IMG/VR virus record: IMGVR_UViG_3300044680_000064
Span: 9,632 to 73,631 of that record
Reading direction: 5' to 3' (one strand)
DNA length: 64,000 nt
Source: a virus
Lineage: Duplodnaviria > Heunggongvirae > Uroviricota > Caudoviricetes
The notes under the pieces are model-generated. The model saw only the letters and a list, made by a program, of their open reading frames with translations. It did not search any database and was not told the origin of the DNA. Of this stretch, positions 55,661 through 64,000 are shown piece after piece. Position numbers and translations under genes: made by a program. Every line of letters begins with the position of its first letter. The stretch's first letter is position 1.

Positions 55661-56350
55661 ATGTTTCCAGTCCCTATCGCTTACATGCGTGGTTACGGCA
55701 AGCTGACGCAGACCGCCGGCACCGTCATTAGCCGGTTGGTCGAGCCGTGGAAGAAAGCCTACACGCGCATCTCGGACCTCTGGTACAACGCCGGCGCGAC
55801 CGCCCACGTCATCACCGCGATGCGACCGCTTTACAAGGTGACAACTTCCGCCGCGGCAGCCGCAGGCCAAGCAGTCATCAACATCAGCGCCGATCCCGGT
55901 AACTACTCGGCAATCTTCACGATCAATACCGCCAACAACCTCATCGCCGCCAACGACTACGTCGTCTATCAGACCGCCGATGGCAACTACACGCTCGACA
56001 CGGTCAGCTCCGTCTCGACGCTCGCGATCACGATGACGAACAACGTTCCGACCGCTGGCGTTTTGAATGGCGCGGATTTCTGGTGGTTCGGCATCACGAC
56101 CGACACCAACCCCGGCGACAATCAGGCTCATCCGCAGTTCGATTGCCCGGCGAGCGGCGTGACCAAGTTCGGTTCCGATCCTGGTGAAGCCGTCATGGGC
56201 TTCATCGGCACCATCCAAGGTCTGTCTCCAGTCGTCCCGAACTGGAAGATCAACGGCCAGAACGAGCCGATGATCCTGCAATCGAACAACGCGACCAACG
56301 CCGGAACGATGGAAAAGGTGGCCGCGGTATACACGATGGATTACAAGTGA
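55661..56350 (+). CDS. head-associated structural protein (229 aa)
   Basis: Located in the head module. Thr/Ala/Asn-rich. Confidence 0.45.
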   Translation: MFPVPIAYMRGYGKLTQTAGTVISRLVEPWKKAYTRISDLWYNAGATAHVITAMRPLYKVTTSAAAAAGQAVINISADPGNYSAIFTINTANNLIAANDYVVYQTADGNYTLDTVSSVSTLAITMTNNVPTAGVLNGADFWWFGITTDTNPGDNQAHPQFDCPASGVTKFGSDPGEAVMGFIGTIQGLSPVVPNWKINGQNEPMILQSNNATNAGTMEKVAAVYTMDYK

Positions 56351-56367
56351 GATAACGACATAAGTCG

Positions 56368-56790
56368 TTGTCATGTAAGGAGTTAGGTATGGGCCTCCAG
56401 CAAGGCTTTATCGCGAATGGTAACATTTACCCTTGCCGTTTCGTCATCATCGACACGAGCGTCGGTCAGGGCGGACGAGTGGACCAGTCCGGTGCCGGCG
56501 GCGTCATCTTCGGCGTGAGCCAGAAGGATTGCCGCATCGCTCCGATTCTGGACTCGAACGGCTACGCGGCCTCGGCTGGCGAACCGATCGCGGTCTACGA
56601 CCTGAACAGCGAGTGCGCCCTCGAAATCTCCGCGACCGTGACTCAGGGTCAGCTCTTGAAGAGCGACTCGAACGGCGAAGGCACGCCGGTCACGACCGAC
56701 AAGGACATCTACGGTGCCGTGGCGCTTCAGAACGGCGTCGCTGGCGACCAGATCAAGGTTAAGGTCTTGTTCGGCTATTACGAGGGTTGA
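56368..56790 (+). CDS. head decoration-like protein (DUF2190-like, 140 aa)
   Basis: GNIYPCRFVIIDTSVGQ...GDQIKVKVLFGYYEG. Sits immediately before the capsid gene. Confidence 0.45.
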   Translation: MSCKELGMGLQQGFIANGNIYPCRFVIIDTSVGQGGRVDQSGAGGVIFGVSQKDCRIAPILDSNGYAASAGEPIAVYDLNSECALEISATVTQGQLLKSDSNGEGTPVTTDKDIYGAVALQNGVAGDQIKVKVLFGYYEG

Positions 56791-57398
56791 TCGGATTCGT
56801 CTGCGTATACGCGAGATTTGCCGCGACCGTATCCGAGCTTGAGAGGAAGACCGAGTGCTTGGCGTTTGGACTTTATTTGCGAAACAACAGGACCAAGCAA
56901 TAGCATTTCTTCCTCAGTGAATTGGTTGCCTTTGATAACGTTGCAAAGGCCACAACATGGAACGACATTGTCGAGCGTGTAATGTCCGGCACTGTCAACG
57001 CGATCGAGCCAGGTGCCATTTTCGTGCGGCGTGAATTTGCAGTAGTGGCACGGCTGAAGTATTAAGTCTCCGTACTGCTCGATCGTTAAATGGAATTCGT
57101 GTTTTGCGCGACGAGCTGTGATCTTGGCAAATGTGAATCGGCCCTTAATCGTGCGACGATAAGCACGTGCCCTTAGAGCTTCGCAATGCAGGCAACGATA
57201 GGAGAATCGACGTTTTTGGATGCCGCTTGCGGTCGTGAGATTTTTAGCCACGAACTTGTCATAAGGCTTCCATTGTTTGCAGGTGCTACAGCGAAGTAAT
57301 TCTGGCGGTTGCGTTCTTTCCATGCAGCGCTTGCAGAGACCATCAATGACGGCTTTTGAAAGTTTGCAGTAGAGACAAAGGTCCATGAGGTTCTCCAA
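56778..57398 (-). CDS. HNH homing endonuclease (free-standing, inserted in the head module)
   Basis: GHYTLDNVVPCCGLCNVIKG HNH motif with N-terminal CxxC zinc fingers. Convergent overlap with the decoration gene. Confidence 0.65.
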   Translation of the reverse strand: MENLMDLCLYCKLSKAVIDGLCKRCMERTQPPELLRCSTCKQWKPYDKFVAKNLTTASGIQKRRFSYRCLHCEALRARAYRRTIKGRFTFAKITARRAKHEFHLTIEQYGDLILQPCHYCKFTPHENGTWLDRVDSAGHYTLDNVVPCCGLCNVIKGNQFTEEEMLLLGPVVSQIKSKRQALGLPLKLGYGRGKSRVYADESDQPS

Positions 57399-57482
57399 AC
57401 AAATACTGGTATTAGAGCATTATACCAGAATATGTTTTGAGAAACACGCCAGTCACAACAGCGTTTGGAGAAAAGGTTTAAC

Positions 57483-58625
57483 ATGACTCTTAACTTCCTG
57501 GGCGCGTTCGACAGCTATATTCCCGCCTTCAACGGTCAGGTGATTCAGTTCTCTAGGAACGACAAAGCCTGGAAGCTCAACAAATACTCCCAGCTCTTCC
57601 CATCGAAGACCGAACTCGGTCTTTACTACCGCATCGGAGTGGACTTCGATGTTCGGGTCGAGAACGACGAGCAATGGGTGTGGAAGAGCGGCGGCAAGCG
57701 TCCGGACTGGTCGAGCAGCGCTCCGAAGTTCGATCAAGTCGGCTATCGTTGCATCCGTCGAAGCAAGGGCGCGGGTTTGGATTGGCGGCAGATCGAAACG
57801 GCCGACGTCAAGACGATGGTCATCAACACCCGCGGCATCCGCAATCAGATGATGACCGCCCGCACGAATCGTTTGTGGAACGGGTATCTCGGCGGCACCG
57901 TGTCGAACTCGTTCGGCGTGGCGTCTGGCGGACTGGAGAACCCGGCGAACTGGGGCTCGAACACGGCGACGGCCCAGAGCTTGAATAACAATGCCGGCTT
58001 CTGGGATCAGGGCTCGAGCGAGCCGATGAGCCCGAACTTCTGCGCGATCAAGAAATCGCTGGACTCGGTGAAGAGCACGATCAATCTGCTCACCAACGGC
58101 GCGGTGAACGAGAACGATGACAGCAAGCTGATGCTGGTCTTGAATCCGGACGCGGCGTTGCGAATCAGCCAGAGCCCGGAAATTCACGCGTACATCAAAG
58201 AATCGCCTTACGCGATGGCCCAGATCACCGGCGACAAACCGGGCCAGAACTCGCAATGGGGTCTGCCCGACAAGTTGTACGGTTGGGATTTGGTTGTGGA
58301 AGACGCGGCGATCGTCACGCAGAATCAGAACGCGGCCGACGCGATCGGCAGCGAAGCATCGACGGTTGGCGGCTCGACCGCTCCTCGACGCTACATCAAG
58401 CAGTTCAACACGGCCTGCGTCTTGTCGCGAGTCGGCGGTCTGGACGGCGAAAACGGAGCGCCGAGCTTCTCGACCGTTCAAACGTACTACGTCGGCAAGG
58501 AACTGGAAACCAAGACCTTCGACGAGCCGAAGCATGAGCTGACCGAAGTCTATGTCGAAGAGAACCTCGTGCACGTCCTCGCGGCTCCGGCGAGTGGCTG
58601 GCTTATCACGAACCTGTTTGCGTAA
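57483..58625 (+). CDS. major capsid protein
   Basis: GGAGAAAAGG RBS and ATG 57483 (MTLNFLGAFDSY...). About 380 aa. Position and a strong terminator fit an abundant head protein. Confidence 0.6.
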   Translation: MTLNFLGAFDSYIPAFNGQVIQFSRNDKAWKLNKYSQLFPSKTELGLYYRIGVDFDVRVENDEQWVWKSGGKRPDWSSSAPKFDQVGYRCIRRSKGAGLDWRQIETADVKTMVINTRGIRNQMMTARTNRLWNGYLGGTVSNSFGVASGGLENPANWGSNTATAQSLNNNAGFWDQGSSEPMSPNFCAIKKSLDSVKSTINLLTNGAVNENDDSKLMLVLNPDAALRISQSPEIHAYIKESPYAMAQITGDKPGQNSQWGLPDKLYGWDLVVEDAAIVTQNQNAADAIGSEASTVGGSTAPRRYIKQFNTACVLSRVGGLDGENGAPSFSTVQTYYVGKELETKTFDEPKHELTEVYVEENLVHVLAAPASGWLITNLFA

Positions 58626-58658
58626 GTAACGACTTGTTACGGTCATAGTTACGGGAAA

Positions 58659-58687
58659 GAGGCGGGGCCGCAAGCCTCGCCTCTTTT
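58659..58687 (+). terminator. rho-independent terminator after the capsid gene
   Basis: 10-bp stem (one G-U) gaggcggggc/gcctcgcctc, CGCAA loop, TTTT. Confidence 0.55.
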
Positions 58688-59258
58688 GCTTTCAGGACAC
58701 ATCGTGCCGCAAACATCAATCTCCAGTCTGACGTCATACTGCACTCCAACGCAGTTGTTGATGTATCACGACCAGGTCATGGTCGGGACGCTGGCCGTTG
58801 ATGAGGGCATGACACCGCTTACTGTCGATCAGATCACGGACGAAGTGAATCCCAATCCGACGATTGCGCAGGCGTTGCTGACGGCGAGTGGTCAGGTCGA
58901 GTCGTGGTGTCTCCGCGGCGAGCGGTATGCGCCAACGGATTTGGCTGCGCTGACCGGCGCTAGCCAGGCGATGCTGATTGAACTGGTGGCGGACCTCGCG
59001 TTTTACCGTCTCGGGAAGAGGCGGTGGAAGGATCCGGTTAAAGAGTGTCCGGGCTACAAGGAAGCGATGGAGACGCTGAAGGCACTCGGCGAGGGCACGG
59101 CGATATTCAGTTTTCAGGAAAGCGCGGAAGCCGGGAATATGCAGTCCTTCGATTTGAAGTACAACTCGCAGGGCCAGCGGCAGCGGATCACGGACAAGGC
59201 TCGCCCATTCTTTGGCCGGCGCATGAACAATGGTCCCACATTCATTGATCTTGACTGA
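58686..59258 (+). CDS. head-tail connector or completion protein (Mu gp36/DUF1320-like?)
   Basis: ORF after the capsid gene. Start uncertain (TTG 58686, GTG 58704 or ATG 58761). Confidence 0.4.
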   Translation: MLSGHIVPQTSISSLTSYCTPTQLLMYHDQVMVGTLAVDEGMTPLTVDQITDEVNPNPTIAQALLTASGQVESWCLRGERYAPTDLAALTGASQAMLIELVADLAFYRLGKRRWKDPVKECPGYKEAMETLKALGEGTAIFSFQESAEAGNMQSFDLKYNSQGQRQRITDKARPFFGRRMNNGPTFIDLD

Positions 59259-59266
59259 GGGACAAA

Positions 59267-59839
59267 ATGGGCTTTGACCCAACGATTCAGCGTTCCGAGT
59301 TTGTGTCGATCGACCGCATCCATTTTCTGTTGGCGAAGAAGGCAGCGGACGCCGGCATTGTTACTGGCCCACAAAACGTCTGGCTTGTGATCGACGACGA
59401 GACAGCACCCCAAGAAGTTCCCTCACAAACCACATTTATTACGGTGCGACTGCCGGCGCTTATCCAAGAAGCTGGCGACGTCTTCGCTGGCGGCGGGATC
59501 CTCGATCGGCTGATGGTTCAGGGACAAACAAGGATCACGATTTGGACGTGGAGTGCGCTTGACACCTATGGCCGAATCACCGTTGCGGCGAGCCAGGTCA
59601 CAGGCAAGCCGCCACGCGGCGCCGCGTTAGTTGACAAGCTGATGGACGCGTTCTGGAATCAGGATTTGGTCGATCAAAACGAAGCAGGCGGCACGGCGTT
59701 GACCAACCGACCGATGAGCTTTGTTAGCTATGATCCGCCGCCAAGCGGCGACGCTGGCGCTAACGTGTGGCGTCCGTGGCGAGTGGTGTTTGGGGTCAAT
59801 TTTACGTGGGGTCGTAAGGCTTCTGAGACAGGCCAATAA
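59267..59839 (+). CDS. virion morphogenesis protein (190 aa)
   Basis: ORF in the structural block. Confidence 0.4.
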   Translation: MGFDPTIQRSEFVSIDRIHFLLAKKAADAGIVTGPQNVWLVIDDETAPQEVPSQTTFITVRLPALIQEAGDVFAGGGILDRLMVQGQTRITIWTWSALDTYGRITVAASQVTGKPPRGAALVDKLMDAFWNQDLVDQNEAGGTALTNRPMSFVSYDPPPSGDAGANVWRPWRVVFGVNFTWGRKASETGQ

Positions 59840-59866
59840 TTCACGAATCTATTCAGGAATCTATTC

Positions 59867-60313
59867 ATGCCGCAAGTGAGCATCGTTTACAGCGAAGACG
59901 AACAGAAAGAGGGCGACGCCATCGGTCGCGCTCGCGGCTTCCGCGACTGCCCGAAGTGCAGCCATTCTCTGCACTGGAAGGGAGTCCACGAGGTTGTTTA
60001 CTCAACCGGCGAGTTCGAGCTCAAGCAAGTTGTGCGCAACGTCGCACGCAGCTCACGCAAGATCGTGGCCGCTCGTGGAATCAATCTAACATGCGCGGAC
60101 TGTTGGGCTGGCATGTCGATCGACGAACGCGTCGCGGTGGTGCAAAAGCACTTCGGACTCCGCCAAGAAGCAATCCGGTTGCCAGTCACTACTCGATCAG
60201 CAGATGGCGTCGAGAAGGTCGATGAGAAGGACGCGCAACGCTATCGCACGCAGACCGCGGCCTTGACCGAAGAACAAACGCTGATTCTCGCGGCCGTCCG
60301 GGAGGGCAAATAA
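59867..60313 (+). CDS. zinc-ribbon-containing structural-module protein (148 aa)
   Basis: CPKCSH...CADC. Confidence 0.4.
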   Translation: MPQVSIVYSEDEQKEGDAIGRARGFRDCPKCSHSLHWKGVHEVVYSTGEFELKQVVRNVARSSRKIVAARGINLTCADCWAGMSIDERVAVVQKHFGLRQEAIRLPVTTRSADGVEKVDEKDAQRYRTQTAALTEEQTLILAAVREGK

Positions 60314-60801
60314 TGAATCTCTTGGGTGCAACCCTGAGCATCGGTCTCGCGTGGAACTCGCAAAAGGTTCTCACGAACTTCAATCCCGATACGCAGAACG
60401 GACAGTGCGCGGCCACTCTCGGCCCGACCGTATCGAGCGCGGCGTGCTCCGATGTCTGGTTCATCGGCGGCACGCTTGCGGCCTCGGGCTCGATCACTTT
60501 CGACCTTACCGCTCTCACCGACCATTTCGGCTCGTCGCTGACCGCGACCGGCGCGTACTGCATCGTCGTGACGGCAAGCGGAGCGTCATGGACGTACAGC
60601 CCCGGCGCGTCGAATGGTTTTGCATGGTTTTTGGGCGGAACTTCACCGACGATCACCGGGAATAGCGGCGATTGCTTTGGATACGGTTCGGCCACAACCG
60701 CTGGCGTCGTAAACAGTACGAACAAGACAATCAAGATTCTCAACAACAGCGGATCGGCGTCTCTCAACTATTCGATCGCCGTGCTGCTGAAGACGTCGTG
60801 A
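60313..60801 (+). CDS. Ser/Thr/Gly-rich structural protein (tail tube candidate, 162 aa)
   Basis: ATGA overlap with the upstream gene. Confidence 0.4.
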   Translation: MNLLGATLSIGLAWNSQKVLTNFNPDTQNGQCAATLGPTVSSAACSDVWFIGGTLAASGSITFDLTALTDHFGSSLTATGAYCIVVTASGASWTYSPGASNGFAWFLGGTSPTITGNSGDCFGYGSATTAGVVNSTNKTIKILNNSGSASLNYSIAVLLKTS

Positions 60802-60833
60802 CCGCTTTGACCGTCCTGAACGTGCGGTCAGAC

Positions 60834-62072
60834 CTATGGATTTAGAGCGGAAATTGCATCGTTATTGGCAGCTCTGTACGGTTCAAAAAGCCTGCTGCTG
60901 ATAACACGATCGAGACCGTCTTCGATTATTCTTCTCGCAATTAAGAATTTGCGAGGAAGCGATATTGTGGCGCGACAATAAAAATGCTTGCAAAGTTCGT
61001 AAATTTGACGTTTGCCGCCCAGCTCAATCAGCCATCCCTTGCCATGATCGCTTTGGCGTGGCTTGCATTGTGTTCCTGTGATCGTGGCGCAATAATCGGC
61101 AAATCCTTTGGTCATGAATTCGTTTCCAGTAATTGTTACGCGACCACAAATGGAACCGTCGCCGTCAATGACGCCGCGCCAGTAGTGTCGCATAAGTTCT
61201 CGCGGACCATTCCAGGGTCTTATAACCAAGGACTTTCTTGGACCTATTCGAATACCGGCGAGGTCACTGACCATCTTGGCGGAAATCCAGTTGAGACGAA
61301 CGACCTTGTACGGATTTCCGAGATAATTCATCTGTCTTCTCATGACCGGGCATGTGGATTTAATTTCTCGTCTGATTCGGTCCAAGATAAACCAATCATC
61401 ACCTTTGAGCATGATCGACAAAACATCATTGTCACCAATCCCGCCGTCAGCAGAGAAAAATCCGAGTATCCACGCCTTGGCCTCAGTGTCTATCCGCGAA
61501 AAATAGGAATCGTCAACGGATTCCTTAACGTCATTATGGCGACGCCGAAATTGACTTCTCTTAACGGTATCGGTGCAACCAGCGAATATGGCTCGTTGAA
61601 TGAAGCGCACCGATCTTCCGGTTCGTGCTTGTATAGAACCGATGCTTTCGCCATTCTCGAAAGCATCGGAAATAGCAATCATTTCTTGATACGGAGCCCA
61701 GATTTCCTCATCGGTCAACGGTTTGTAGAACGGCTGAATTTTTCTGTAAACGTGTGGAGCGCACACGTTGTATTTGACGGCTATGGTCTTTGGTGCAACG
61801 CCAGAGAGAAAATCAGCGACAATTTGTTCGTCTCGACGTTTAACGAATTCCATCGTCTCTTTAAGAGGAATTCCGACATAATACTTCCCGCGACCACACG
61901 AGGAATAATCTCGACGTTTGACGCCAGCTTTGGTCAAGGCTTCCGAGACAGTTCGGTGCTTGACGCCAATAGCGTTCGCAATATCAATCGTTTCCTGCCC
62001 GGACAAATAGCGATCGACGATGTTTTTGTTTCGCGTTCTAGCGGCATCTATGACGTGATATGGCAGGCTCAT
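60834..62072 (-). CDS. LAGLIDADG homing endonuclease (double-motif, free-standing)
   Basis: WILGFFSADGGI and WRGVIDGDGSI motifs with N-terminal HTH modules. Start reassigned to ATG 62070-62072, 26 nt downstream of a minus-strand GTCGTATAAT motif. TAG stop. Confidence 0.75.
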   Translation of the reverse strand: MSLPYHVIDAARTRNKNIVDRYLSGQETIDIANAIGVKHRTVSEALTKAGVKRRDYSSCGRGKYYVGIPLKETMEFVKRRDEQIVADFLSGVAPKTIAVKYNVCAPHVYRKIQPFYKPLTDEEIWAPYQEMIAISDAFENGESIGSIQARTGRSVRFIQRAIFAGCTDTVKRSQFRRRHNDVKESVDDSYFSRIDTEAKAWILGFFSADGGIGDNDVLSIMLKGDDWFILDRIRREIKSTCPVMRRQMNYLGNPYKVVRLNWISAKMVSDLAGIRIGPRKSLVIRPWNGPRELMRHYWRGVIDGDGSICGRVTITGNEFMTKGFADYCATITGTQCKPRQSDHGKGWLIELGGKRQIYELCKHFYCRATISLPRKFLIARRIIEDGLDRVISSRLFEPYRAANNDAISALNP

Positions 62073-62097
62073 GCGTTTGCCCTGTGACAGAGTTTCT

Positions 62098-62107
62098 ATT
62101 ATACGAC
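62098..62107 (-). promoter_or_regulatory. GTCGTATAAT promoter-like motif upstream of the LAGLIDADG gene
   Basis: Plus strand reads attatacgac. Confidence 0.4.
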
Positions 62108-62281
62108 TCGGCACGCCGATCGTATGCAAAAGAAAGGAGTGAGATGTGACCTTTTATCAGGCTAAAGCGGCTTCGCTAACCTGGAGCTCCACGTCTCAGC
62201 CGTTTCGAAAAGTGCCGACTGTCTTTTAAGTCGGAAGTCGCTGACACTTCTAACTTTACGTCAGAAGGGTATCTTTCGAAT

Positions 62282-62512
62282 TTGGACGGCATGTTCAGTT
62301 CGGAATTGAGCGCGGAAGGTCCATACAACGGCTCTCTCTCGATTTCGCAAGGCAGCACGACGGCTGTTACGTTTGCCACTGGCAACAGCGGCCCGAGCTT
62401 CACCGTTACCTATCGCTGGTCTGACATTTCTTTGGACGCTGCGGTCCACAATCAGGTGGTTCGCTGCTCGATTCAGGGCATATCGACCGGCACGTTTTCG
62501 ATCACACTTTGA
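62282..62512 (+). CDS. small structural-module protein (76 aa or longer)
   Basis: The frame is open from about 62180. Could be a gene remnant or short tail protein next to the endonuclease insertion. Confidence 0.3.
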   Translation: MDGMFSSELSAEGPYNGSLSISQGSTTAVTFATGNSGPSFTVTYRWSDISLDAAVHNQVVRCSIQGISTGTFSITL

Positions 62513-62525
62513 TTGAAGGATTTTC

Positions 62526-63032
62526 ATGTCAACAGTAGGAGCCGCGTTGAGCGACGTAGCGAAGCCACTGACCATCGAATGGCGTGGCAAGAAGGCTGAG
62601 ATCGGATACCTGAAGTGGAAAACGATCATCGTGCCGATGGAGGACTGGCTTACCGAGCAGGCGTGCAAGAAAAACTTGGCATACTTGATGAGTCTGTTCA
62701 ATGTTGGCTTGCTCACCAAGGAAGAGGTGATGGCCAAGCAGGAGGACTTCTCGAAGCAGCTGCTGTTGAACAATGCCTGCGGCTTTGGCTCGGAAGCGAT
62801 GATGTCGCTTTTGAAGATTGCTGACGCTGGGAAGCCGGAAGACTTGGCGAAGCCGTCGAATCCGAACGTGACGGGCATCCTGAAGCTGTTCACGCTGATT
62901 ACTGGGCGTTGCGAAGAAGACGTCATGGAGATGTACAGCGACGTGCCGGACGAGTTGTTTGAGAAGATCGGACTGGCGTTGAAGCGTAGTTTCCCGGATG
63001 CACCAGGCGAGGCCGCGCCGGGGGCGAAATGA
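62526..63032 (+). CDS. tail assembly chaperone-like protein (168 aa)
   Basis: Position and size in the structural block, with an ATGA overlap with the next gene. Confidence 0.35.
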   Translation: MSTVGAALSDVAKPLTIEWRGKKAEIGYLKWKTIIVPMEDWLTEQACKKNLAYLMSLFNVGLLTKEEVMAKQEDFSKQLLLNNACGFGSEAMMSLLKIADAGKPEDLAKPSNPNVTGILKLFTLITGRCEEDVMEMYSDVPDELFEKIGLALKRSFPDAPGEAAPGAK

Positions 63033-63868
63033 CCGCCCAACTTGACTTCGCGGCCGGCATTGATTGGGACAAGGCATTCGCTCAGCTGAAGCTGTGGCCA
63101 GCGAACCGGAGCGCGGAAGAGATTGGCAACCAGACGCCTCGGCAGACGTTTCAACTCTGGCGTGAGTTGAATGACCTGCGAAAGCTGTTCTTGGACGCGA
63201 CCGGGAACAAGACTGAATCCAAGGACGAGATTGGCAACGAACCGGAAGCCTTATTGCCAGCGTTGATTGACGCGGCATTGAATCAACCACGCGAATTGGA
63301 GCCATACGAGATGTTGGAAGAGAAAGCCAGCCCTGAGAACAAGCAGGTGATGAGCGGCGTCAAGAAGCCGATGGGCGTGCAGACGATCGCCGGCCTCGGC
63401 ATGGACAAATGGCCGTGCTGGCGCGCGACTCCGGACGAGTTGGCGGAGCGCGAAGCCGGTCGCAATCCTGACATCGACCCATTCGTGACCGATCGCTCGG
63501 TGATCTACCAGCGGTTTGCGGCAATGATATTCGAACATGGGCGCGAAGGTCGTCTGAAGCAATACGGCATCCCCAAGAAGCAGGACGAAGCTGACGAAGC
63601 CAGTGACGCGGCGTGCCAGAGCTACATCGAGCAGGCTTGGCGCATCAACTCCGCGAACTTCGCAGGCGTCGAAAAGGCGGCATCCGCTCCCCTGTTGGAA
63701 GGGATGAAGATCATCACCGAGCTGGCCGATGCCGGCAGGCTACAGGTTTACAACGTGCATGGCCACGACGAGGAAGTCGCGCTGGCTTTCTTGCAGCACA
63801 TTCGCAGCTGCTGGGCGCGTAAACTCAGTCGTGACCAGGCGAAGAAAATGGGCGAGTGCCGCGGCTAA
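63029..63868 (+). CDS. hypothetical structural-module protein (279 aa)
   Basis: ORF. Confidence 0.4.
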   Translation: MTAQLDFAAGIDWDKAFAQLKLWPANRSAEEIGNQTPRQTFQLWRELNDLRKLFLDATGNKTESKDEIGNEPEALLPALIDAALNQPRELEPYEMLEEKASPENKQVMSGVKKPMGVQTIAGLGMDKWPCWRATPDELAEREAGRNPDIDPFVTDRSVIYQRFAAMIFEHGREGRLKQYGIPKKQDEADEASDAACQSYIEQAWRINSANFAGVEKAASAPLLEGMKIITELADAGRLQVYNVHGHDEEVALAFLQHIRSCWARKLSRDQAKKMGECRG

Positions 63869-63883
63869 TTGAGGGACAGAATA

Positions 63884-64000
63884 ATGGCTTTCACCGATGA
63901 CATCCCCGGCGACGAACCGACTCTTGTGAATATCGACGACAAGACGCTGCCCGGTCGCGCCGTATTCACGGACAGTTCGACATTGGTTTTCCCTGACGGC
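63884..64000 (+). CDS. 5' end of next gene (truncated by window edge)
   Basis: ATG 63884 MAFTDDIPGDEP. Open to the end of the window. Confidence 0.25.
   Translation, partial: MAFTDDIPGDEPTLVNIDDKTLPGRAVFTDSSTLVFPDG

Overview
This 64 kb window is a dense block of tailed-phage or prophage genes in a high-GC genome. No integrase, attachment site or rRNA is visible, so it is probably an internal slice of a large phage.

What is in the window:
- Early and accessory genes (0 to 23 kb): two sigma-70-family factors, a GroES co-chaperonin, Rnl1-like and Rnl2-like RNA ligases, many small zinc-ribbon proteins, and a TIGR02996-like domain that suggests a Planctomycete host.
- A minus-strand island (23 to 27 kb): a BCS1-like AAA ATPase with a DXD-motif partner, a PTH2-like ORF and two tRNA genes. 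One is a canonical amber-suppressor tRNA (anticodon CUA) and the other is a degenerate tRNA-Lys(UUU)-like gene.
- A replication module (27 to 32.6 kb): initiator-like protein, RNase H, PrimPol fused to a DnaB-like helicase, and an SPFH protein.
- A terminase large subunit interrupted by a 282-aa intein. The intein's HNH endonuclease domain is encoded in a different reading frame from the Hint blocks.
- A lysis and nucleotide-metabolism region (36 to 47 kb): membrane proteins, a papain-like peptidase, a metallophosphoesterase, a HAD 5'-nucleotidase and a GNAT acetyltransferase.
- A Mu-like head module (47.5 to 64 kb): a 1258-aa portal fusion with a ParB-like C-terminus, a 1416-aa protease/scaffold-like giant protein, a decoration-like protein, the major capsid protein, connector and tail genes.

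At least five homing endonucleases (three HNH plus one intein HNH, and one LAGLIDADG) are scattered through the window. A recurrent GTCGTA(G/T)AAT promoter-like motif precedes many genes, including the tRNA cluster.

Every product call rests on motifs recognised by eye. Nothing was searched against a database.
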